From the NCBI GenBank assembly GCA_050730875.1, contig JBOHNX010000001.1, forward strand, positions 13,827-77,826: a DNA stretch of 64,000 nt. Reading direction: 5' to 3'. How positions within the stretch are numbered: position 1 is the stretch's first letter; each line of letters begins with the position of its first letter. This DNA comes from Candidatus Saccharimonadales bacterium. GTDB taxonomy: Bacteria; Patescibacteriota; Saccharimonadia; Saccharimonadales; EFPC-124. Positions 7,430 to 15,193 of this stretch are shown piece by piece. The position numbers were made by a program, and so were the translations under genes. The notes under the pieces were generated by a model. The model saw only the letters and a list, made by a program, of their open reading frames with translations. It made no database searches and was not told the origin of the DNA.

Positions 7430-8286
7430 ATAAACCCCTCGTTGTTATTGTAGGTCCTACCGCCAGTGGTAAATCAGATTTAGCCATGCAGATGGCTCTG
7501 AAACACAATGGCGAGATTATTTGTGCAGACTCTCGTACTGTATATAAAGGTATGGACATTGGAACTGCGAAGCCGAGCGCCGAAGATCAAGCAAAAGTGC
7601 GTCACCATCTTGTTGATCTAGTAGAACCGAACCAACATTTCTCAGCTGCTGAGTTTAAAAAGCGAGCAGAAGAAGCTATTCGTGACATCCACCGGAGAGG
7701 CAAGCTGCCAATTATGGTGGGAGGTACGGGGCTGTACGTAGATGCTGTAATTTTTAACTATCAATTTGGCCCACCTACAGACCCTGAACTGCGCGCAAAG
7801 CTCCAGGCACTAAGTATAGAAAAGCTACAGGAATTGTGTAGAGAAAAAAACATCAAATTGCCAGAAAATATCTCAAACAAACGCCACCTAATCCGCGCAA
7901 TTGAGCTTGGCGGTCTCATCAAGGCTGCCAGAGAAGTAAAGTCGAACACGTTTGTTGTGGGAATGGCTATAGAAAAGAAGAAACTACGTGATCGTATTAT
8001 AGAGCGTACGGCTGCAATGGTTCGCGAGGGAATTCTTGAAGAGGTGGAAAAACTTGGCGCTAAATATGGCTGGGAGAGTGAAGCAATGACCGGTAATATT
8101 TACCGCATTTTTAAAGGTGTCGTGTTACATAAAAAACCATTGCAAACTGCGATTGAAGAATTCATCCGGGCTGATATGAAGTTAGCTAAACGACAAATGA
8201 CCTGGTTTAAGCGCAACCCCTTTATAGTCTGGGGATCGCCAAGTGAGTTGGCGCATAAAATTGATCAATTTGTCGGGGCGAATTAA
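7426..8286 (+). CDS. miaA: tRNA dimethylallyltransferase
   Basis: Contains the P-loop GPTASGKS and the motif ADSRTVYKGMDIGTAKPS. The ATG at 7426 follows GGTGG and overlaps the upstream TGA. An alternative ATG lies at 7414. Confidence 0.88.
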   Translation: MNKPLVVIVGPTASGKSDLAMQMALKHNGEIICADSRTVYKGMDIGTAKPSAEDQAKVRHHLVDLVEPNQHFSAAEFKKRAEEAIRDIHRRGKLPIMVGGTGLYVDAVIFNYQFGPPTDPELRAKLQALSIEKLQELCREKNIKLPENISNKRHLIRAIELGGLIKAAREVKSNTFVVGMAIEKKKLRDRIIERTAAMVREGILEEVEKLGAKYGWESEAMTGNIYRIFKGVVLHKKPLQTAIEEFIRADMKLAKRQMTWFKRNPFIVWGSPSELAHKIDQFVGAN

Positions 8287-8352
8287 CAGGTCGACTATCG
8301 CCCAAGAACTATCTTTTGTTACAATAGGCATGAAATCGGGTATAGTGAGAAT

Positions 8353-8943
8353 ATGATTGACGCCTTATTTGGTTCAAAAACACGAGTAAAACTTTTACAC
8401 CTGTTCCTTAACAATCCGAACAGAGCTTTTTATGTTCGTGAAATTACCCGTAAAATTGACGAACAAATTAACTCGGTTCGTCGCGAGCTTGCCAACATGA
8501 TGAGCGTGGGCATTATAAAAAGTGACAGTTCGAACAACCGGTTATACTACGAGGTCAATCAAGACTATCAACATTACGAATCCCTTCGAGCAATCTTTGC
8601 GGATGGTTCGGTGGACGCAGAAGGCGCAGAAGCGGTTTCTAGCGACTGGACCAAACGTCTTAAAGTGCTTGGCGATGTGCGAGTTGCCTTATTAAGCGGT
8701 GGTTTGGTCCGCGGTAGCCAAAGTGATGTAGATGTACTGCTAGCGGGGAATATCAACAAAACGCAGGCTAAGAAGTTTATAAAAGAACTAGAGGAAGAAG
8801 AAGGCCGACAGCTAAATTACACAATCATGCCGTATGAAGATTTTTATTATCGATTAAGTATTAAAGATCGTTTCATTACCAGCGTTATTAATGGTAAGTT
8901 CACATTGCTGCAAGATACAGAGCATATACTATCAGAGGCTTAA
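8353..8943 (+). CDS. Winged-helix regulator fused to a minimal nucleotidyltransferase-like domain
   Basis: The N-terminus resembles ArsR/MarR wHTH (FYVREITRKIDEQINSVRRELANM). The C-terminus has GSQSDVDVLL, a GS...DxD NTase signature. Confidence 0.5.
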   Translation: MIDALFGSKTRVKLLHLFLNNPNRAFYVREITRKIDEQINSVRRELANMMSVGIIKSDSSNNRLYYEVNQDYQHYESLRAIFADGSVDAEGAEAVSSDWTKRLKVLGDVRVALLSGGLVRGSQSDVDVLLAGNINKTQAKKFIKELEEEEGRQLNYTIMPYEDFYYRLSIKDRFITSVINGKFTLLQDTEHILSEA

Positions 8944-8958
8944 AGGAAGGAAACTCAA

Positions 8959-9594
8959 ATGGATTTCGAATTTAAAGGCGGTAACTGTGTTGTCATCTCA
9001 CATAAAAAGGACACATTTGTAATAGACCCTAAGCTGAGCGACATTGGCCTGAAAGACCAAGGGGGTCATGCATCAGCGCATTTGTTGACACAGCCCCGTT
9101 TTGCGGCTGCTCATGACGAGGAAACACTGATTATAGATGGACCAGGGGAGTACGAGATAAATAACTGTTCTATAAAGGGTATAGCAGCGCAGGCTCATCT
9201 TGATACAGCTGAGGCGCCTAAAGCGGCTACCATTTATACACTAGACACAGCCGATATTACCGTAGCAATCCTAGGGCACATTTACCCTACATTGAACGAG
9301 GAACAACTTGAAGCAATTGGTGTTGTCGACATATTGGTTGTACCTGTTGGTGGCAACGGATATACGGTAGATGCTAAAGGTGCTGTAGAACTGGTGCGGA
9401 ACATCAACCCCAAGGCAGTTATTCCTACGCATTACGCCGAAGAAGGAGTGAAGTACGAAGTGCCCCAAGCGCCTCTCGAAGAGTTTTTGAAGGAACTAGG
9501 TGGAACACATACAGAGCCTACTGCTAAGCTCAAACTCAAGAGTGGCCAATTGCCCGAGATTCTCACCGTATTCCAGCTGCAGCACACAAAATAG
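8959..9594 (+). CDS. MBL-fold metal-dependent hydrolase (UPF0173-like)
   Basis: 211-aa ORF. Contains ILVVPVGGNGYTVDAKGAVELVRNINPKAVIPTHY, typical of this family. Confidence 0.65.
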   Translation: MDFEFKGGNCVVISHKKDTFVIDPKLSDIGLKDQGGHASAHLLTQPRFAAAHDEETLIIDGPGEYEINNCSIKGIAAQAHLDTAEAPKAATIYTLDTADITVAILGHIYPTLNEEQLEAIGVVDILVVPVGGNGYTVDAKGAVELVRNINPKAVIPTHYAEEGVKYEVPQAPLEEFLKELGGTHTEPTAKLKLKSGQLPEILTVFQLQHTK

Positions 9595-9596
9595 AA

Positions 9597-9626
9597 GAAA
9601 AGCCCCTTATTACAAGGGGCTTTTCT
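9597..9626. terminator. Bidirectional terminator between convergent genes
   Basis: GAAAAGCCCCTT-ATTAC-AAGGGGCTTTTC. Confidence 0.7.
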
Positions 9627-9644
9627 TAAGAGGTAGAAAAAGTC

Positions 9645-9836
9645 TTAAAGGACACCCTTTTTCTTAAGGGTACGAATTGCTTGGGTGCTGAGGTTCATAG
9701 TTACCTTTTGCCCATCAATCGTGAAGGTCTTTTTCTGCAGGTTTGGCTTCCATACACGCTTAACGTGACGTTGCGAAAAGCTAACGTGGTTGCCAAACTG
9801 TTTGCCTTTACCGGTGAGTTCGCATTGTGCAGCCAT
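9645..9836 (-). CDS. rpmB: 50S ribosomal protein L28
   Basis: 63-aa ORF reading MAAQCELTGKGKQFGNHVSFSQRHVKRVWKPNLQKK. Confidence 0.92.
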   Translation of the reverse strand: MAAQCELTGKGKQFGNHVSFSQRHVKRVWKPNLQKKTFTIDGQKVTMNLSTQAIRTLKKKGVL

Positions 9837-9920
9837 TAATTTGTCTCTGATTACAATGGAACATTCTACTTTGTTTCATCTGTTACGTCAAGATTGGTTA
9901 AATATTGGTATACTATGTGA

Positions 9921-10562
9921 ATGATGAATATAGATCTGACGTACTTATTGATCGTTTTAGGGTCAATTTTAATCTCGATGACCCTGCACGAGGCCATGCA
10001 TGCTTTTGCGAGTTACTGGCTAGGGGATGACACTGCAAAGGCGCTTGGTAGGCTAACGATTAACCCGATTGCGCATATTGACCCCTTCACGACTGTATTG
10101 TTGCCTCTGATGCTTGCAGCAATTGGAGCACCGCCGTTTGGTGCCGCTAAGCCCGTGCCTTTTAATCCGTACCGTTTACGATACGGCGAATATGGGTCAG
10201 CGATCGTGGGTGCCGCTGGACCACTGACTAACCTGGCATTAGCAATCCTCGCCGGGCTGGTAATTCGTCTTTTTGGTGCCGAACTTGATGGCGGTCTCTT
10301 AGTGGCACTTGGAACGTTTACACTTGTTAACTTGGCGTTCTTCATATTTAATATGATTCCTTTCCCGCCGCTAGATGGTTCGCGGGTGCTTTACGCATTT
10401 GCGCCTGACGGTGTACGGCGTGTTATGGAGCGCATAGAGTCTATGGGTTTTGCGGCAATAATCTTCTTTATGTTAATCTTCTTCGCCGTTCTTAGCGAGC
10501 CATTTGTTCGTGTGTTACAAGGCGCTTTAGCTCTCATTACGGGTGGCTACGTTACATTTTAG
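9921..10562 (+). CDS. Site-2 protease family (peptidase M50) membrane metalloprotease
   Basis: HEAMHAF (HExxH) lies within the first TM region. The protein has multiple TM helices and a PPLDG motif. Confidence 0.8.
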   Translation: MMNIDLTYLLIVLGSILISMTLHEAMHAFASYWLGDDTAKALGRLTINPIAHIDPFTTVLLPLMLAAIGAPPFGAAKPVPFNPYRLRYGEYGSAIVGAAGPLTNLALAILAGLVIRLFGAELDGGLLVALGTFTLVNLAFFIFNMIPFPPLDGSRVLYAFAPDGVRRVMERIESMGFAAIIFFMLIFFAVLSEPFVRVLQGALALITGGYVTF

Positions 10563-10580
10563 AGGTGTTATAATGAGGGT

Positions 10581-10736
10581 GTCCTGCTTACTAAGCATGC
10601 AGGTGATATGATTTTTCCTGAACAATCGAACCGCGCATAGGGAGTCCTAGATCAAAATTTCCGTGGAAATTTTGTGCGGACACCCACTTGTCTATACAAG
10701 CGGGGAATATCTATCGCCTGTACACGTAAGCAGGAC
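10581..10736 (+). ncRNA. Candidate rod-like structured RNA immediately upstream of tRNA-Pro (6S-like? unassigned)
   Basis: TATAAT at 10569-10574. The ends pair over 11 bp (GTCCTGCTTAC at 10581-91 with GTAAGCAGGAC at 10726-36). The rod continues with CAGGTGATA (10600-08) paired to TATCGCCTG (10712-20), plus further helices and internal hairpins. Confidence 0.3.
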
Positions 10737-10750
10737 TGTTTATTGCCAAT

Positions 10751-10826
10751 CGGGATGTGGCGCAGTTGGTAGCGCGTACGGCTGGGGGCCGTGAGGTCGC
10801 AGGTTCAAGTCCTGTCATCCCGACCA
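10751..10826 (+). tRNA. tRNA-Pro (GGG)
   Basis: C1:G72 acceptor (CGGGATG/CATCCCG). Anticodon stem TACGG/CCGTG with loop CTGGGGG. CCA is encoded. Confidence 0.9.
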
Positions 10827-11120
10827 TTTTGTAAATCACTTGCTTCAAGGAGCGTTGCAAACGGCTCCGACCAGAGGTAGTTTGTTAGTTTTTTATGTCC
10901 AACATGTATGTTTAAAAACAAGTTCTGACCAGGCACTCGACAGCATACACAGGGTACGCACCCAAGAAGAAGCGAGCCATACACGCTTATAGGCTACCTT
11001 GATGTGCGCGTGGATATGGAGGCAGTAGATGTTGTCGCATGGGAGTCGCCACAGCAAAGCGAATAACTTTATATCACGTAACAGTTTACTTTATTGGTCG
11101 GTCTGCTACTCTGTTAACAA

Positions 11121-11978
11121 ATGTCAGGCCAATTTGAGCGTTATACTACCCCGCCACCGCTTTGTCGTGAACCCGGCTTTATTAGAGATACACGCGAGTT
11201 GGTAGAAGAAAATGGCGGTATAGCGCAGGCTGTAGCCGAAACTTTTGAGCAAGCCAATATTACCGTTGAAGTGGACGGGGACGTATCACAGTGGTCAAAC
11301 GCAGGCCAAGGAGCGATACTCGTAGGCGACCACCGTAACGGCGTTGAATATGCGCCGCTTTTGGCCGTATTTGGTAATATGGGGCGCGAGGACATGCGTT
11401 TTGTGGCCAAGCCGTTCTCTATGCAAGCTCGTGTTATGGGTTCACTCGGCTTGGAGGGCGCAGGCTTAACCCTGCTCGTAATACCTGGTACACTGGCCAG
11501 CAACCGCAAAGATAAAATCAACAGGGACTTATGTTGGCGCATTGCTAATAGGGGTAATTTGCCCACTAAGGATGAGATTAAGACCTTAAACGCTGATACT
11601 TTACAAGGCTGCGCTGACCTAGCCGAGAGTGGACACGCAGTTACGCTTTACCCGACGGGAGGGGTTATGGATGCCACCAAGAAGCCTTGGCAGCGTGGGC
11701 TCGGTAGGGTTATTAAGCAGCTCCCAGCGGAGTCCCGCGATAGTGTTGCTATTGTACCGTTCCGTTTTGATGACTTCTCGAAATTAAGGCTTATTCGCTC
11801 GCTGACTATGGCGAGCAGAGGTGTAATATCGCGCCCACAGACCATTACGCTTCGCACCGGCAAGCAAGGCACCGTTAACGAAGTTTTAGCTGGCGCTACT
11901 GATGAGCTGACCGCCGATGAGATTACGGCCGTACTCAGGAAACAGTTTATAACTGCCTTTGGTGAGCTCGAGCACTGA
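11121..11978 (+). CDS. PlsC/LPLAT-superfamily acyltransferase-like protein
   Basis: 285-aa ORF. Carries an HX4D/E-like motif (GDHRNGVE) and YPTGG in place of FPEGT. Confidence 0.5.
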   Translation: MSGQFERYTTPPPLCREPGFIRDTRELVEENGGIAQAVAETFEQANITVEVDGDVSQWSNAGQGAILVGDHRNGVEYAPLLAVFGNMGREDMRFVAKPFSMQARVMGSLGLEGAGLTLLVIPGTLASNRKDKINRDLCWRIANRGNLPTKDEIKTLNADTLQGCADLAESGHAVTLYPTGGVMDATKKPWQRGLGRVIKQLPAESRDSVAIVPFRFDDFSKLRLIRSLTMASRGVISRPQTITLRTGKQGTVNEVLAGATDELTADEITAVLRKQFITAFGELEH

Positions 11979-12532
11979 TGGCCGTCAGGAGGCAGCTTGT
12001 AATAATTCCTGGCCTTGGTGATAGGGGATGGCTATACTGTTTTATAAAGCCGATTTGGGCATTGTTTGGCTATAAGGTGCACATATTTGTATTTGGGTGG
12101 AATGATGAGCGTGCGGCTTTTAAGGAAGCGCAAAATCGCCTCAACACCTCTATTAAAGGTCTGGGTGATGAGGTATACCTTATCGGTGTAAGTGCGGGCG
12201 GTACGGCCGCTGTGAACGCCCTTGCAGCTCATCCTACGTCTATCACTAAACTCGCCACTGTTTGTACGCCATACCAACAGGTACCTGGCCTTAAAAACGA
12301 GCTACTGGCTCAATCTATAAACCGTACAGCTCGCAATCTCGCGCATATGGATAGCAAAACGAAGGCCAAGATTTTATCCGTGCACGGCCTATACGACCAG
12401 GCCGTGCCTGTAAAATACAGCGAGCCGGACGGTATCCAGCGCAAGTCATTGCTTGCCATTGGTCATGGGTTGGCTGTAGCCTTGGCTCTATCTGTTTATA
12501 GCCGAAGTATCCGTTTGTTTTTGAAAGATTAA
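11978..12532 (+). CDS. Alpha/beta-hydrolase (lipase/esterase-like)
   Basis: Nucleophile elbow GVSAGG. Candidate Asp (LYDQAVP) and His (AIGHG) complete the triad. The start overlaps the upstream stop by 1 nt. Confidence 0.6.
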   Translation: MAVRRQLVIIPGLGDRGWLYCFIKPIWALFGYKVHIFVFGWNDERAAFKEAQNRLNTSIKGLGDEVYLIGVSAGGTAAVNALAAHPTSITKLATVCTPYQQVPGLKNELLAQSINRTARNLAHMDSKTKAKILSVHGLYDQAVPVKYSEPDGIQRKSLLAIGHGLAVALALSVYSRSIRLFLKD

Positions 12533-12613
12533 GGGCAGCATTTACCTGCGACCGTAGACATAAACGTCCACTGGACGTTTATGTTTTCCTTGCTTGGCTG
12601 AGCAAAACACGAA

Positions 12614-12633
12614 GCAGGTTCAAGTCCTGTCAT
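12614..12633. repeat. Direct repeat of the tRNA-Pro 3' portion (20 nt)
   Basis: GCAGGTTCAAGTCCTGTCAT is identical to 10799-10818, which covers the T-arm and the start of the acceptor 3' strand. Confidence 0.85.
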
Positions 12634-12700
12634 AAATAGTAATGGTGAATGTACCTAAATCCTACCATCTAAAGATCATTTGTTTTAAAGTAGTAATACC

Positions 12701-13570
12701 ATGAAACAAACAATCACCGTCCGAGCCATTATAAAAGAGGACCAAAAGATTCTCTTGTTGCGGCGTGCGACCGGAAATCCACTTTACCAAAACCTGTATG
12801 AATTACCCGGTGGCAAAGTTGATTTTGGCGAGGATCCAAAAGCGACTATCCATAGAGAAACATTCGAGGAGACGGGGAGTGAGATAGAAACACTTCAACT
12901 CTTCGACGTATATTCCCAAATAGATCCGCATGATACCGACCACCAATACTTATACGTTATATTTCTTGCAACGTTAACTCCTCATAGCAAGATCGTTCTA
13001 AGTTCTGAACATAATAAGTATGCATGGAAAAGATTGTCAGAAATACAGCTTTCAGAAATAACTGAATGGACGCGTATTGCGCTACAACTAGAAGGCGAAT
13101 CGCCTGAAGAACAGATTGAAAAAACAGAGATTCAAAAAGATATTGATGTTCTTCCTACATCAAAACATGCGCGCGTTGTTATTTATGCGGACGGCGGATC
13201 ACGTGGTAACCCAGGTCCTTCAGCCTCAGGTTTTGTGATTCAGGACGAAAAAGAGCAACTTGTGTTTGAAGGTGGCAATTATCTAGGTATAACAACAAAT
13301 AATCAGGCAGAGTATCAAGCAGTAAAGCTGGCTCTCGAAAAAGCGCTTGAACTCGGTGCGCGCGAGGTGAGCTTCCGTATAGATAGCCAGTTGGTCGCCA
13401 ACCAGTTAAATGGAATCTACCAAATTAAAAACCGTGATTTATGGCCAATTTACACGCGTATCAAGGAATTGGTAACCAAATTCGACAACGTAACTTTCAC
13501 CCATGTGCGACGCGAGTTTAATAAAGAAGCCGACGCAATGGTCAACAAAATACTCGACGAGCATAAGTAG
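12701..13570 (+). CDS. NUDIX hydrolase - RNase HI fusion protein
   Basis: The N-terminus has a Nudix box (GGKVDFGEDPKATIHRETFEETG). The C-terminus is RNase H type 1 (YADGGSRGNPGPSASG...NNQAEYQAV...RIDSQLV...NKEADAMVN). Confidence 0.8.
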   Translation: MKQTITVRAIIKEDQKILLLRRATGNPLYQNLYELPGGKVDFGEDPKATIHRETFEETGSEIETLQLFDVYSQIDPHDTDHQYLYVIFLATLTPHSKIVLSSEHNKYAWKRLSEIQLSEITEWTRIALQLEGESPEEQIEKTEIQKDIDVLPTSKHARVVIYADGGSRGNPGPSASGFVIQDEKEQLVFEGGNYLGITTNNQAEYQAVKLALEKALELGAREVSFRIDSQLVANQLNGIYQIKNRDLWPIYTRIKELVTKFDNVTFTHVRREFNKEADAMVNKILDEHK

Positions 13571-13576
13571 TATATA

Positions 13577-13605
13577 TTGCTTATCTTATAAATAACTTGT
13601 ATAAT
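13577..13605 (+). promoter_or_regulatory. rnpB promoter
   Basis: TTGCTT, 17-nt spacer, TATAAT, ending 6 nt before the RNA 5' pairing region. Confidence 0.6.
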
Positions 13606-13610
13606 AGTGA

Positions 13611-14020
13611 GGTTGTCAGACTACTAGACGATCGCTTAGCCTTAGGGCTAAGAGGAAAGTCCGGGCAGCATAGGACAAGGCAGTTGTTAACCGCAACCGG
13701 GGGCGACCCTAGGGAAAGTGTCACAGAAACGAAACCGCCTTCACTAGTGAGGGTAAGGATGAAACGAGTGGGCCCAGCTCGTCTGGGATAGGTCTCTTTC
13801 TGCGAGAGCTTAAGAGACTGAAGGTAAGAGCCCACAGCGTGTCATGGTGACATGACACGGAGGTAAACCCTGCCTGCTGCAAGGAGGTCTGTTTTCCACC
13901 CTAAAGGTGGTAGTGGTTCCACTAAATAGACCGCATGAACCGCTTGACTACGACGGGCAACCGTCTAGCTAGATAGATGATCGTCCTGGACAGAACCCGG
14001 CTTACCGGTAGTCTGACATC
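13611..14020 (+). ncRNA. rnpB: RNase P RNA, bacterial type A
   Basis: Conserved GAGGAAAGTCCGGGC and ACAGAACCCGGCTTAC are present. The terminal P1 pairs GTTGTCAGACTAC with GTAGTCTGACATC. Confidence 0.9.
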
Positions 14021-14021
14021 T

Positions 14022-14052
14022 AAAAAACACCGCTATTTTTGCGGTGTTTTTT
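14022..14052. terminator. Bidirectional terminator (rnpB / rplT)
   Basis: AAAAAACACCGC-TATTTT-TGCGGTGTTTTTT. Confidence 0.75.
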
Positions 14053-14067
14053 AGTGCATTTTGGCTT

Positions 14068-14409
14068 TTATTTAGCGCTTTTAACTACTTCTGCGAAAAC
14101 CTTAGGCTCGTTTGCTGCTAGCTCTGCTAGAATTTTGCGATCGAGTTCAATGTTAGCCTTCTTGAGGCCAGCGATTAGCTTGGCGTATGTAGTGCCGTTT
14201 TCGCGGGCAGCAGCGTTGATGCGGGTGATCCAGGTCTCACGGAAATCACGTTTCTTGTTGCGACGGTCACGGTATGCGTACTGCAAAGCACGAATAACAG
14301 CTTGTTTAGCTAAGCGGTACGAACGGCGACGAGCCGCTTGCATGCCTTTGGCAAGCTGTAAAATCTTCTTGTGTTTGCGTCGGGCGGCGACGCCTCGTTT
14401 GATTCTCAT
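14068..14409 (-). CDS. rplT: 50S ribosomal protein L20
   Basis: 113-aa ORF reading [22 protein letters not shown]. Confidence 0.95.
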   Translation of the reverse strand: MRIKRGVAARRKHKKILQLAKGMQAARRRSYRLAKQAVIRALQYAYRDRRNKKRDFRETWITRINAAARENGTTYAKLIAGLKKANIELDRKILAELAANEPKVFAEVVKSAK

Positions 14410-14413
14410 TCTT

Positions 14414-14608
14414 CTAAACTCCTAGTGCACGCTTTAGATTTCGCGCAACAGATCCTTTAATACTAGCTTCGGTGGAAATAACGCGCTTGCGACTTGCGCT
14501 TTTCTTCTCGAGCAAGTGCGTGCCGTTACTACGACGGCGGATGAGCTTGCCGCCAGCGCTGATTTTAATGCGCTTCGCGGTGCCCTGATGTGTTTTGAGC
14601 TTTGGCAT
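14414..14608 (-). CDS. rpmI: 50S ribosomal protein L35
   Basis: 64-aa ORF reading [26 protein letters not shown]. Confidence 0.95.
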   Translation of the reverse strand: MPKLKTHQGTAKRIKISAGGKLIRRRSNGTHLLEKKSASRKRVISTEASIKGSVARNLKRALGV

Positions 14609-15116
14609 TTGCAGTACTCCTTAAAACGATACCTAAATTCTTACCAGCCATAATTGGCTTTTGTTCGACTACAGCGACATCTTGTAGCTTTTCGACGATT
14701 CTATCGAGCAGTTTGTAGCCAAGTTCTTGGTGAGCCATCTCGCGTCCTCGGAAGAAAGCCATGACTTTAACTCGGTGGCCAGCTTCGAGGAACTCGCGGA
14801 TTTTGCGCAACTTTATGTCTAAGTCGTGCGCGCCTATCTTGAGTCCCATGCGCATTTGCTTTATTTCGACGGCCTTGGCTTGTCGTCGGCTTCGCTGTTG
14901 CTCCTTAGTCTTCTGGTAGAGGAATTTACCCCAGTCAACAATCCGCGCAACTGGTGGATTGGCTTGTGGCGAAATTTCTACCAGATCGAGACCAGCTCGC
15001 TCTGCTTCTAAAAGTGCCTGCGCCCGTGACAGGATACCGATCTGATTCCCATCAGGACCAATGACGCGCAGTTCTGAAGCGTGAATCGCTTCATTAATCC
15101 GCACTGCTTTACTAAT
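14565..15116 (-). CDS. infC: Translation initiation factor IF-3, predicted ATT start
   Basis: IF-3 sequence (RINEAIHASELRVIGPDG...). AAAGGAG followed by 8 nt then an in-frame ATT at 15116, the classic infC AUU start. The 3' end overlaps rpmI by 44 nt. Confidence 0.88.
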   Translation of the reverse strand: MSKAVRINEAIHASELRVIGPDGNQIGILSRAQALLEAERAGLDLVEISPQANPPVARIVDWGKFLYQKTKEQQRSRRQAKAVEIKQMRMGLKIGAHDLDIKLRKIREFLEAGHRVKVMAFFRGREMAHQELGYKLLDRIVEKLQDVAVVEQKPIMAGKNLGIVLRSTANAKAQNTSGHREAH

Positions 15117-15193
15117 AGAACTTGCTCCTTTGTCGTTGTCGCATTTTAGCCTATGTTTTCGAAGAGCAATTGTAGCAGAGGTGAGCTCTGATT

